Origin: an uncultured Planctomycetia bacterium | Lineage (GTDB): Bacteria; Omnitrophota; Gorgyraeia; Pluralincolimonadales; Pluralincolimonadaceae | NCBI GenBank assembly: GCA_964650515.1 | Contig: CAZYUB010000007.1 | Coordinates: 20,837 to 84,836 of the forward strand | DNA: 64,000 bases | Direction: 5' to 3' | In this document: positions 55,256 through 64,000 of the stretch, piece by piece | Numbering within the stretch: position 1 is the first letter of the stretch | Layout: each line of letters opens with the position of its first letter | Notes under the pieces: generated by a model | The model's database searches: none | Told to the model about the DNA's origin: nothing | What the model saw: the letters and a program-made list of their open reading frames with translations, nothing else | Position numbers and translations under genes: made by a program

Positions 55256-56873
55256 AGGAGAAGCAAATATGAGAAGATACGCAGGGTACGCGCTAATGGC
55301 CGCAACGGTGCTGGTCGCCGCCGCGGCGATATGCCAGTGGCCGCTGCCGCTTTCGGCGCAGGACGTGTCGGGAGAGCCGCGGAAGACGCTTTCGCAGTAT
55401 GATTTCGAGGGGCTGTCGAAGAAGGTCTCGCTCGACCTGCGCGCGATGGATATAGTCGACGTCCTGAAATTCCTCGCGATAGAGGGCAACCTGAATATCG
55501 TCGCAGGCAAGGAGGTCGCCGGGCCGGTCAGCCTGCTCATAAACGACGTCGCCATAGGCGACGCGCTCGAGATGATACTGGCACTTAACAACTTCGCGTA
55601 TGAGGTGCAGGGCGGCATAATCAAGATCCTGCCGGCGAAGGACTACAAGGCGCTCTACGGCGTCGACTTCTACGACCAGAAGAAGACCGTAATACGCCGG
55701 CTGAAATATGCTTCGGCAAAGAACGTAGCCACGATGATGGGAAGCGTCAAGAGCGACATCGGCAAGATAATCTACGACGACTCGACCGGGACGATAGTTA
55801 TGATAGATACCCCCGCGAAGATAGCGGAGATGGAGGAGATAATAAACGCGTCCGAGATGCCGACCGTCACGAGGGTCCTGCCGACCGAGACGAGGGTCTT
55901 CGAGCTCAAGTACGCGCTCGCAGACAATATTAAGGAAGAGGTCAGCAAGTCCCTGACCACGGATATCGGCACGATGCGCCTCGATAAGCGGACGAACACA
56001 ATAGTCGTTACCGACCTGCCGCACCAGATGCAGAAGATAGAGACGGTCATAAAAGCGTTCGACAGGAAGACGCGCGAGGTCTTCATCGAGGCGAAGATCG
56101 TCGAGGTCACGCTCTCCGACATGTTCCAGTGGGGCATCGACTGGAGCTATATATCGCAGTATACGCGCAAAATAAACGGCGAGAACAGGAGTTACCGCAT
56201 AACTCCCGAGGCGAACCTGCCCATCGGGCTTACCGGCACATACGGCCAGCTGACGCTCGCCTCGATAAACACGGCGAACCTCGCGATGACCCTGCAGGCG
56301 CTCGACACTGTCGGCGAGACGAAGATACTTTCGAACCCGCACTTGACCGTCGAAGAGAACAGGGAAGCGACGATCAAGGTCATCGAGAAGCAGCCCTACC
56401 AGCTCGAGACGACGACCACCGCCTCCGGAGGCACCACGACGACATCGAAGAACTACGAGTTCGTCGACGTCGGTGTCACGCTAAACGTGAAGCCGCTCAT
56501 CAACGAGGACGGCTTCATCAGCATGGTCATAAAGCCGGAGGTCAGCTCGATCTCGACATGGTATGGCGGCGCGGCGCAGGCGGCGGGCTCGGTGCCGGTA
56601 GTCAAGTCGGCGAACGCCGAGACGACGGTCACGATAAAGGACGGCGTCAGCATAATCATCGCCGGCCTTATCAAGGATAATAAGACGAAGACGGTCAACA
56701 AGCTGCCGGTCCTCGGCGACCTGCCGCTCGTCGGCCTTCTCTTCAAGAATATAAGCGACGATATACGCAGGACGGAGACGGTCGTATTCCTCACGCCGAG
56801 GATAGTGCACGGCGACCAGCCGTTCCTGATGGAGAGAGACACCGCGAAACCGACAAGGGGCATAAGAGAATAA
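55242..56873 (+). CDS. Secretin (GspD/PilQ family)
   Basis: C-terminal secretin motif LPVLGDLPLVGLLFKN...TETVVFLTPRIV; N0/N1-like domains. Probable start at ATG 55269. Confidence 0.85.
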   Translation: MNCLKGEANMRRYAGYALMAATVLVAAAAICQWPLPLSAQDVSGEPRKTLSQYDFEGLSKKVSLDLRAMDIVDVLKFLAIEGNLNIVAGKEVAGPVSLLINDVAIGDALEMILALNNFAYEVQGGIIKILPAKDYKALYGVDFYDQKKTVIRRLKYASAKNVATMMGSVKSDIGKIIYDDSTGTIVMIDTPAKIAEMEEIINASEMPTVTRVLPTETRVFELKYALADNIKEEVSKSLTTDIGTMRLDKRTNTIVVTDLPHQMQKIETVIKAFDRKTREVFIEAKIVEVTLSDMFQWGIDWSYISQYTRKINGENRSYRITPEANLPIGLTGTYGQLTLASINTANLAMTLQALDTVGETKILSNPHLTVEENREATIKVIEKQPYQLETTTTASGGTTTTSKNYEFVDVGVTLNVKPLINEDGFISMVIKPEVSSISTWYGGAAQAAGSVPVVKSANAETTVTIKDGVSIIIAGLIKDNKTKTVNKLPVLGDLPLVGLLFKNISDDIRRTETVVFLTPRIVHGDQPFLMERDTAKPTRGIRE

Positions 56874-56874
56874 G

Positions 56875-57927
56875 GTGAAGGAGGTGTTGAAAATGAGGAA
56901 GTATTTCGCGCTTTTGCTGCTGTGTTTCATGACGGCAGCGCATGCCGCGGGGGCCGATGACATCGATGACGTCATAAACAGGAACCTAACAATGCGGCAG
57001 CAGGTGGACGCGCTCGAGACGAAATGTTCGTCGCTCGAGAACGAGAGGGATGTGCTTATCTCGAGGGTAAAGGAGCTGCAGAGGAAGAACGACCTGCTCG
57101 CGAGAGGCGAGGCCGCCAAGGGCATAACCGTGACCCCGGCGGAGCTCAACGAGCTCAAGAAGAAGCTCGACGACGCATCTAAGAGACTCTCTTCCGTCAT
57201 GAAGGAAAGGGAAGCGATGCAGAAAGACCTCGATAAGGCGAATAAGCAACTCTCAGACGTGGATAAGAAGATCGCCTCCGAGGTCCAGAAGAGGATGAAG
57301 GACATAAAGGCCGCGCCGGCGGTCTCCGACAGGTCCGAGGCGATCAGGGCTCTTCAAAAAGAGAATGCGGCCCTGCAGGACGAGATCAAAGGCCTGAAGG
57401 ACGCGTTGAAAAAACAGGGACAGCCGGAAGCCTCCGGGCAGAGGAGCGACGCGAAGCCGGTAAAGATAAGAGAGGCCCAGGGAGGGCCGGAGGATATCTT
57501 GCAGGCCGAGGTCCTGAGGGTCCAGCTTGACAAGCTCGAATCCGACCTGAAGAACGCGCAGAAGAACGCGGAAGACGCGAAGAAGGAGAAGCAGGCCGCG
57601 GCGGCGCAGGCGAAGAAGATGAAGATCAAGACAGATAAGGAGAGGCTCGACATGCATTTCAACCTCGCGGTCGTATATGAGAAGAACGGCATGTATGCCG
57701 ACGCGGAACGGGAGTATTACAAGTGCCTCCAGCTGGACCCGAACGACGCGGAAGTCCATTATAACCTCGCCATCCTCTATGACGACAGGATGAACAAGAC
57801 GAGCGCCGCGCTCGTGCATTACAAGAGGTACCTCGAGCTGAGGCCGAAAGGCGAGAGCTCGGAAGAAGTCAGGCAGTGGATATTCAACGCCGAACAGGAG
57901 GCAAGATTGGGAGTGGAAGCGAGATAG
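56875..57927 (+). CDS. Secreted coiled-coil + TPR protein (pilotin/PilF-like candidate)
   Basis: Signal peptide, long Ala/Lys/Glu coiled coil, C-terminal TPR repeats. Confidence 0.5.
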   Translation: MKEVLKMRKYFALLLLCFMTAAHAAGADDIDDVINRNLTMRQQVDALETKCSSLENERDVLISRVKELQRKNDLLARGEAAKGITVTPAELNELKKKLDDASKRLSSVMKEREAMQKDLDKANKQLSDVDKKIASEVQKRMKDIKAAPAVSDRSEAIRALQKENAALQDEIKGLKDALKKQGQPEASGQRSDAKPVKIREAQGGPEDILQAEVLRVQLDKLESDLKNAQKNAEDAKKEKQAAAAQAKKMKIKTDKERLDMHFNLAVVYEKNGMYADAEREYYKCLQLDPNDAEVHYNLAILYDDRMNKTSAALVHYKRYLELRPKGESSEEVRQWIFNAEQEARLGVEAR

Positions 57928-59115
57928 ATGAGGATAAGCTTCGCGGTATTATACGCGTTGGCCATAATAGTCCCGACGGCGCTCTTGGCGTATTTCGGCC
58001 TGCTGGCGGTGCGCAGCGAGAAGTCGATCGTCGAGAGGAACATGATGCAGAAATACGAGGCGATGGCAGGCCTCGTGGAAGGCGAGTTTAATAAGGCGCT
58101 CTCGGAGTCGCAGAAGGACCTGCTCGATAACCCGAAATACGTCGAGCATATGATAATAGAGCAGTCGGCTATATTCAAGGAGGACGTCGCGATACTCGAC
58201 CTGAACGGCAAGTCGCTCAGCGACGAAAAGGGATCGAAACCGGTCTTCGTAAAGCAGGTAAATGGATTTCCGTACCAGATCGCGGTATACGAGCGTTACC
58301 CGGTGGTCCTAAGCAAGATAAACGAAAGGCGGCAGAACCTATCCTTATATATCGGCATCATATACATATCAGCGTTCATGATATTAAGCGGGGCGTTCGT
58401 CACGCTCTGGGCGCTGTCGAGGCAATGGAACCTAGCGCACTTGAAGAACGAGTTCGTCTCGCACCTCGCGCATGACCTGCGCAGGCCGCTGACCTCGATA
58501 CGCATGTTCTCCGAGATGCTCAAGACCGGCCGTGTCGCGGACGACGGGAAGAGGGTGGAATATTACGGCATAATATCGAACGAGAGCGAGAAGCTCACGC
58601 TGCTCGCTAACAATATACTCGATTTCTCGCGCATAGAGATGGGGCGCAAGAATTACAGGATAAAGAAGGAAGACATCGCGCGCATAGTCAACGAGACGGT
58701 GGACAGGTTCAGGTCGTATATGGTCGACGTCCCCCGCCAGGTCTCGGTGGATATCGAGGAAGGCCTGCCGCCGGTCAACGCCGACGAGAGCGCTATATCG
58801 CAGGTCGTGATGAACCTGCTTACGAACGCGGCAAAATATTCCTCGCAGGACAGCATCATCAGCGTGAAAGTCGCGCGGACGGACAGGAACGTCGCGGTCA
58901 GCGTCGTCGACCACGGCATAGGCGTCCCGAAGAACGAGTTAAAGAGGATATTCAGGAAGTATTATCGCGTCGAGCAGGACAAGGTCTCAGCTACAGAAGG
59001 CAGCGGACTCGGGCTGACGCTTGTCAAATATATCGCGGAAGCCCACGGCGGGCAGATCCGCGCGGAGAGCGAGGAAGGGAAAGGCAGCAGGTTCACGCTG
59101 ATATTGCCTATATAA
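57928..59115 (+). CDS. Sensor histidine kinase (2 TM segments, periplasmic sensor, HisKA + HATPase_c)
   Basis: H-box LAHDLRRPLT; N, G1 and G2 boxes (NAAKYS, DHGIGV, GSGLGL). Confidence 0.88.
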   Translation: MRISFAVLYALAIIVPTALLAYFGLLAVRSEKSIVERNMMQKYEAMAGLVEGEFNKALSESQKDLLDNPKYVEHMIIEQSAIFKEDVAILDLNGKSLSDEKGSKPVFVKQVNGFPYQIAVYERYPVVLSKINERRQNLSLYIGIIYISAFMILSGAFVTLWALSRQWNLAHLKNEFVSHLAHDLRRPLTSIRMFSEMLKTGRVADDGKRVEYYGIISNESEKLTLLANNILDFSRIEMGRKNYRIKKEDIARIVNETVDRFRSYMVDVPRQVSVDIEEGLPPVNADESAISQVVMNLLTNAAKYSSQDSIISVKVARTDRNVAVSVVDHGIGVPKNELKRIFRKYYRVEQDKVSATEGSGLGLTLVKYIAEAHGGQIRAESEEGKGSRFTLILPI

Positions 59116-59116
59116 T

Positions 59117-59797
59117 ATGCATAAGATACTTGTAGTCGAAGATGACAAGAACATCCTGAAGGGGCTAGTCGACAACCTCGAGATGGAGGGCTATAAGGTC
59201 GTGACGGCTTCGGACGGCGAGGCCGCGCTCAGGAAAGCGAAGGAGGCCGCGCCGGACCTCGTCATACTGGATATCATGATGCCGAAGATGAACGGTTTCG
59301 ACGTATGCAGGCAGCTCAAGGCGAAGGGCAGCACGACGCCGATCATCATACTGAGCGCGAAGGCGCAGGAGGCCGACAAGGTGCTTGGCCTTGAGCTCGG
59401 CGCCGACGACTATGTGACCAAGCCCTTCAGCCCCAGGGAGCTGCTGGTGCGCGTTAAGGCGGTGTTGAGGAGGGCGGGCACGGCGGCGAAGGTCAAGGAC
59501 GTATATGACCTCGGCGGCATCAGGATAGATTTTAACAAATACCTTATATATAGAGGAAGCAAAGAAGAGAAGCTCACCGCGGCGGAATACAAGATATTGA
59601 AACTACTTATTGCCAACGAAGGTGAGCCGGTCAGCAGGCACACGATACTGGCGGAGATCTGGGGCGAGGATGTGACATCCCGCACGGTCGATACCCATAT
59701 CTGGAGCTTGCGAGAGAAGTTGGAAGAGGATCCGGGGAAGCCGAAGCATATCGTTACGGTGCACAGGATAGGGTATAAATTCTTGACAAGTTCTTGA
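59117..59797 (+). CDS. OmpR/PhoB-family response regulator
   Basis: Receiver domain (DD, D54 in LDIMMP, K) plus winged-helix domain (Trans_reg_C). Confidence 0.9.
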   Translation: MHKILVVEDDKNILKGLVDNLEMEGYKVVTASDGEAALRKAKEAAPDLVILDIMMPKMNGFDVCRQLKAKGSTTPIIILSAKAQEADKVLGLELGADDYVTKPFSPRELLVRVKAVLRRAGTAAKVKDVYDLGGIRIDFNKYLIYRGSKEEKLTAAEYKILKLLIANEGEPVSRHTILAEIWGEDVTSRTVDTHIWSLREKLEEDPGKPKHIVTVHRIGYKFLTSS

Positions 59798-59799
59798 CA
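59780..59799 (+). promoter_or_regulatory. Perfect direct repeat TTCTTGACA x2 with 11-bp periodicity (OmpR-family-type box candidate)
   Basis: 59780-59788 and 59791-59799, overlapping the response regulator stop codon and 72 nt upstream of the giant ORF. Confidence 0.45.
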
Positions 59800-59870
59800 G
59801 TATATTGAGATGGGGATGACAACAAAATACGAAGGATATGGCATGCTTGTAGCAGACAAAGGAGCTTACA

Positions 59871-62800
59871 ATGAATAAATCCGGTTACCGGTTTACTACG
59901 GTTGTATTGAGCTCGATACTTCTGCTTCTGAGCAGTGCCTATCTTTACATGGTATGGGCGGTGGAGACGAAGGCGTGGGATTTCGCGACGGCCTCGGATT
60001 ATACCGTCTATAAGGGCGACGGCACCGAAGATACCTCAAATACGGATATTATAATCGAGGGCGGGGTAGCCAAACTTGTATCGAGGACGACACAGATAAG
60101 CGACGATACCCAGGCCGAATATGATACCGGCGCGTATTCCTCGACATCTCCGCAGGGGCAGGACGTTTCGCTCATGCTTACGAAAAGCGGCTCGACCTAC
60201 AGCACCTCGGGTACATTCACATCCCGTGTTTTTAACGGCGCCGCAGGAAATACGTGGCAAAGGCTCTCCGCCTCACTGCAAAGCCGCGTTAATATGACAG
60301 GGCTTAACTGGACAAAGGTGGCAGGAAATCCGACCTATGCTAATGCGGTAATCTATTGGGTATATACGGGATGGTCGGACGATGGGCCAGGTATGCCTTG
60401 TGTAATCAAGGACGGCGCAGGCTATAAGGCCTACTGGACCGATTCCATCTATCGTGTTAACACCAGGTTAGGAGGTCCGGCAACATCAGATGACGGTATA
60501 ACCTTCACAAAAGTCCAGGATGTCTGCCTTGGGTTGGGCGCGGCGGGCAAATTTGACAATACCTATATCCAGTCACCCTGCGTCATTAAGGATGATACCG
60601 AGAGCGACCCGGCAAAAAGATATAAGATGTGGTATGGCGGATACGCGACCATAGGTGTCGCAGCCTGGAGGATAGGTTATGCCACTTCTGCCGACGGGAT
60701 AACATGGACGAGACAGACCGGCCCCAATACAGGCGGATCCGTGATCGACATAGGGGTAGCGGGAGACGCGGACAGCACGGGCGTTTATTTCCCGTGGGTC
60801 ATCAAGGACGGCTCGACCTACAAGATGTGGTATATGGGCACGAATGGTATAGGGTATCACCTGATGTATACCTGGTCGACAGACGGGGTAAACTGGTGCG
60901 ACGAATACGGCGCGTCCAATAAAAGAATAGCCATGTATAGCGGAGAAAACCGGTTCGACCTTTACCAGCATTATTATCCATGCGTGATCAAAGATGGTTC
61001 GCTTTATAAGATGTGGTATACAGGATACGCCGCCGGCGCATCCAGCAACGCGACCCTTGCCAGTTTCTACCAACGCATCGGTTATGCCATATCTTACGAC
61101 GGGATAAACTGGACGACGATAAACGGGGCACTGACTTCAGGATGCGTTATTGACCGCAGTACCGGATCTTGGTTTGACAGCAACTGGGCCGCGATGCCAT
61201 GCGTCATAAAGGAGGAAGACGGTTCTTATAAAATGTGGTATGCGGGTTATTATGGTTCCAATCGTCGGATAGGCCTTGCCACAAGCGCGGTAGATACCGC
61301 TGCCTCTACCGCGGTACGTTTCCAGGTCCGTTCAGGCGCCTCGGCCAGCTTGACCGGAGATTTCGTAGGCCCGGACGGCACAACATCGTCATATTATATT
61401 ATAGACAATGCTTTGCCTCCTCCCCATGGCCAAGGTTACAACACCTTGTATTGGAATACGGACAGCGTGTATTTCCCTAAGAGCGCGGCGCTTATCAACG
61501 TTCCCGGAAAGTTTAGCGTAACCGACCAGTATGTCCAGTACAGGGCATATTTTGACGGTGCCGCCGACGGCTCGCTCACTCCTACGGTAGATTGGGTCGC
61601 TTTTGAAGGAACAGGCGCCACAGGGTTTGATAACACGCTGGGAGATTTTAATAAAGGAACGCTTGCGGACGTAACCACGACTTATTCCGCGGACGGACAG
61701 GAGCCCTATATCGGCCTCGCGAAACAGCCGAACGGGCTGTATCATCCGTCCGGCACTTACACAAGCGCGGTATTCGACGGCGGCGCGGACGCCGATTGGG
61801 ATTCTGTATCATGGTCGGGCGGGAGCCAGGCGATAAGCCCGCCGGAACCCGGCCTGGTAGGACTGTACCATCTTGACGGGAATGCCGACGATTCATCCGG
61901 CAGGGGAAACCACGGGACAGCCAGCGGGACCGTTTCCTATGATACGACGGTAAAGAAATCGGGTTCGGCATGTTTTATAGGCAACGGGAACGGCTATATA
62001 ACCCTCCCGGCAACGCTCTATGAGTTTAAGGCGATGACGGTCTCGGCGTGGGTATTTTTTAACAGCACCGACACAAGCCCCGGGGGGCTTGTTGTATCAA
62101 GCTACCAGACGCCCACTTATGACAGCTTTTATTTATCTGCTTATCCGTATTACGTTTCCGCCGTAATAAAAGACCTAGGAAATGCGAGCCAAAGAAGTAA
62201 TACTATCTACTCCACACCGACGCCTTTTGGCGAATGGCATCATGTGGCGTTCACATGGGACGGCACGCCAAATGTCAATTCCCTTAAGATATATATGGAC
62301 GGCAGGGAGCAGATAAGCAAAAGCTATGACTCGCCCAGCATTGTTTTCAGGTGTATACGCAATTTTACTTCGATACCGATACATATAGGGCATTACTATT
62401 ATAGCGCTGCGCCGGCAACGCATTATTATTTTAAAGGCAAGATAGACGAAGTGGCTATCTACGACAGGGCGCTTTCGTCCGATGAGATAGACCTGCAGTA
62501 CAAGCGCGCCGCCGACATAAAATTCCAGTGCCGCTCAGGAGATGCGAATCCGCCCACAGGGAATTTCGTCGGCCCGGACGGGACGATATCAAGTTATTAT
62601 GCGACTTCAGGCGGCTCGACTTTCGGGAGCGAGATACCAACCGGCCGCTATTTCCAATACAGGGCATATTTTGAAGGGGCCGGCGCTAATACCCCCGCCC
62701 TGAAGGATGTGACGGTATCATACAATTCGGCCTCTTTCACGGATGACACAAGGACGGAATTCGACCTGGGCAGCTATGACAATTCTACCACCAGATGGTA

Positions 62801-64000
62801 TGGGGACCAGATAAGCCTTACATGTAAACCGCAACCGTTCCCCCTGGCAATAGATAGTGCGGAGACCGGCCTGCTCGCGCTCCTGCATATGGACGGAAAC
62901 TGGAACGACTCGTCAGGCAATGGAAACCACGCGACAGCACCAACCAACGTTCCGTACTTTACAACGTTTGCGAAAGTAGGGACTCAAGCCGGAGCGTTCT
63001 TTGGTGCCCACTACGCAACATTGCCTAATCTGGACCTTCCGGGATCGTCCACTATAGAATTCTGGGCCAATGACTCATACACCTTTAACTCCCATAATTC
63101 GTGTGAGCTTTACAGCGATTATAATAGCGTAACGGCAAAGGCCCAGCATCGCATATATACAACATCCTCCAACCAGCAGATAAGATTTAGCCAATACCAT
63201 ACGGACGGGTCTGCTTTGACCCTGGCTACTGTTCCAAGAAATCGCGGATTCGACACCGTATGGCACCATATAGCGGTCGTAAGGGATGACGCCGCGAAGA
63301 CGGTCGTCCTGTATGTAGACGGCAAACCCGAAAAGGCGGACAGTTATGCCGGTAAAGAAGTCGTCTCGGGCGCAACGGCCGGTAATGAAACCATAGGCAG
63401 GCTAGGAGACGTCGCGCAGAACTATGCGTACATGATCATGGACGAACTCGCCGTATATGACCGCGCGCTGACGCCTGAAGAGATCGCCCGGCACGCGGGT
63501 ATCGGCTACCCGCTACACGGCACTAATACCTTTACATCACGGACAATGGATGCCGGCCTGAGCGTAACATGGAATGATATACTTTGGAAAGAGAAAGTCC
63601 CGGGGTACGGTAACGAATTATCGGCTGAATCGACGCAGAGGGAGCTCACGTCCGAAGCGCCGGGCATAAAGGGTCTCTGGCATATGAACAACGTATGGGA
63701 TGATTCCTCGGGAAGCGGCCGCAACGGCCTTGCCCAGGGAGACGCTACTTTCGATGCCGCAGGAAAGAAGATAGGCAGCGCGTGCGGGATCTTTGACGGG
63801 ACAGGCGACTATGTCCAGGCGAGCTTAATAAACCTCGGTGACATAAAGACGGTGGAGTTCTGGGTAAATGTCACGACGAACACCCGTCCGATAATAGAGA
63901 TCCTTAACGATATGGTATATATATCGTCAGATTCCAGCAATAGGATAATAACGACAGGGTTCACGAGTCCGGTCGTATACATAAACGGAAACCAATATTC
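59871..64000 (+). CDS. Giant secreted/surface protein, 3'-partial (at least 1376 aa): N-terminal signal anchor, five PCVIKDG..YKMWY blade-like repeats (beta-propeller, GH-like fold), three LamG/ConA-like lectin domains, two FVGPDGT..YRAYF..TP.L.DVTV.Y modules
   Basis: Verified codon by codon that the frame has no stop from 59871 to the window end. The track omits it because it has no stop codon. AAAGGAG ribosome-binding site 7 nt upstream. Confidence 0.85.
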   Translation, partial: MNKSGYRFTTVVLSSILLLLSSAYLYMVWAVETKAWDFATASDYTVYKGDGTEDTSNTDIIIEGGVAKLVSRTTQISDDTQAEYDTGAYSSTSPQGQDVSLMLTKSGSTYSTSGTFTSRVFNGAAGNTWQRLSASLQSRVNMTGLNWTKVAGNPTYANAVIYWVYTGWSDDGPGMPCVIKDGAGYKAYWTDSIYRVNTRLGGPATSDDGITFTKVQDVCLGLGAAGKFDNTYIQSPCVIKDDTESDPAKRYKMWYGGYATIGVAAWRIGYATSADGITWTRQTGPNTGGSVIDIGVAGDADSTGVYFPWVIKDGSTYKMWYMGTNGIGYHLMYTWSTDGVNWCDEYGASNKRIAMYSGENRFDLYQHYYPCVIKDGSLYKMWYTGYAAGASSNATLASFYQRIGYAISYDGINWTTINGALTSGCVIDRSTGSWFDSNWAAMPCVIKEEDGSYKMWYAGYYGSNRRIGLATSAVDTAASTAVRFQVRSGASASLTGDFVGPDGTTSSYYIIDNALPPPHGQGYNTLYWNTDSVYFPKSAALINVPGKFSVTDQYVQYRAYFDGAADGSLTPTVDWVAFEGTGATGFDNTLGDFNKGTLADVTTTYSADGQEPYIGLAKQPNGLYHPSGTYTSAVFDGGADADWDSVSWSGGSQAISPPEPGLVGLYHLDGNADDSSGRGNHGTASGTVSYDTTVKKSGSACFIGNGNGYITLPATLYEFKAMTVSAWVFFNSTDTSPGGLVVSSYQTPTYDSFYLSAYPYYVSAVIKDLGNASQRSNTIYSTPTPFGEWHHVAFTWDGTPNVNSLKIYMDGREQISKSYDSPSIVFRCIRNFTSIPIHIGHYYYSAAPATHYYFKGKIDEVAIYDRALSSDEIDLQYKRAADIKFQCRSGDANPPTGNFVGPDGTISSYYATSGGSTFGSEIPTGRYFQYRAYFEGAGANTPALKDVTVSYNSASFTDDTRTEFDLGSYDNSTTRWYGDQISLTCKPQPFPLAIDSAETGLLALLHMDGNWNDSSGNGNHATAPTNVPYFTTFAKVGTQAGAFFGAHYATLPNLDLPGSSTIEFWANDSYTFNSHNSCELYSDYNSVTAKAQHRIYTTSSNQQIRFSQYHTDGSALTLATVPRNRGFDTVWHHIAVVRDDAAKTVVLYVDGKPEKADSYAGKEVVSGATAGNETIGRLGDVAQNYAYMIMDELAVYDRALTPEEIARHAGIGYPLHGTNTFTSRTMDAGLSVTWNDILWKEKVPGYGNELSAESTQRELTSEAPGIKGLWHMNNVWDDSSGSGRNGLAQGDATFDAAGKKIGSACGIFDGTGDYVQASLINLGDIKTVEFWVNVTTNTRPIIEILNDMVYISSDSSNRIITTGFTSPVVYINGNQY

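Noticed and set aside
55293-56342. 349-aa minus-strand ORF antisense to the secretin gene
   Set aside because: Arg/Leu-rich antisense artefact; the plus-strand secretin motifs are unambiguous.
1-64000. CRISPR arrays, rRNA genes, additional tRNAs
   Set aside because: No spaced short direct-repeat arrays and no rRNA-like stretches were seen; only one cloverleaf (tRNA-Asn) could be folded.

Overview
Roughly 58% GC bacterial chromosomal segment. Codon usage is unusual: ATA (Ile) and AGG/AGA (Arg) are very frequent, which suggests an uncultivated lineage. AT-rich patches sit at the 5' edge (1-540), around a tRNA-Asn (9915-10870) and around an IS200-like gene (52620-53440). Left to right: a 5'-truncated AT-rich ORF; two tandem zinc-ribbon radical SAM paralogs, the first starting inside a repeat element copy; dnaX-recR; a four-subunit 2-oxoacid:ferredoxin oxidoreductase; tRNA-Asn(GTT) followed by an AT-rich NYN-domain gene with its own leader promoter and terminator; a TrkH/KtrB K+ transporter; a 15-residue tandem-repeat secreted protein; an unlisted 56-aa CxxC protein; transporters (amino-acid permease, MATE, CDF); cyclophilin; an 821-aa PilX-like/LamG surface protein; a PEP-CTERM protein. 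A cellodextrin/beta-glucan utilisation locus follows (AraR-like regulator, GH94, GH9, GH3, clan GH-A enzyme, an ECF sigma factor with its anti-sigma factor, and six copies of a carbohydrate-binding-module-like beta-sandwich domain), then rubrerythrin and a minus-strand glycan synthesis/export operon (GT4 x3, radical SAM/SPASM, GT2-GT-C fusion, Wzm/Wzt ABC exporter, outer membrane barrel), then hemW and bioY. A 23-27 nt repeated extragenic palindrome (REP) recurs at four loci; one inverted doublet (a REPIN) lies between convergent genes, and one pair flanks an IS200-like REP-associated tyrosine transposase (RAYT) gene whose ribosome-binding site sits in a hairpin. Downstream is a minimal secretin module (MerR-like HTH, ExeA/GspA-like ATPase, PilP/GspC-like protein, secretin, TPR/coiled-coil protein, OmpR-type two-component system). 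The window ends in a giant ORF (59871 to window end, at least 1376 aa) that the ORF track omits, with beta-propeller-like repeats and three LamG domains. Recurrent regulatory signals: three promoters carrying 11-bp-phased GGTATA repeats, and a perfect TTCTTGACA direct repeat at 11-bp spacing. Coordinates of small motifs may be off by 1-2 nt.
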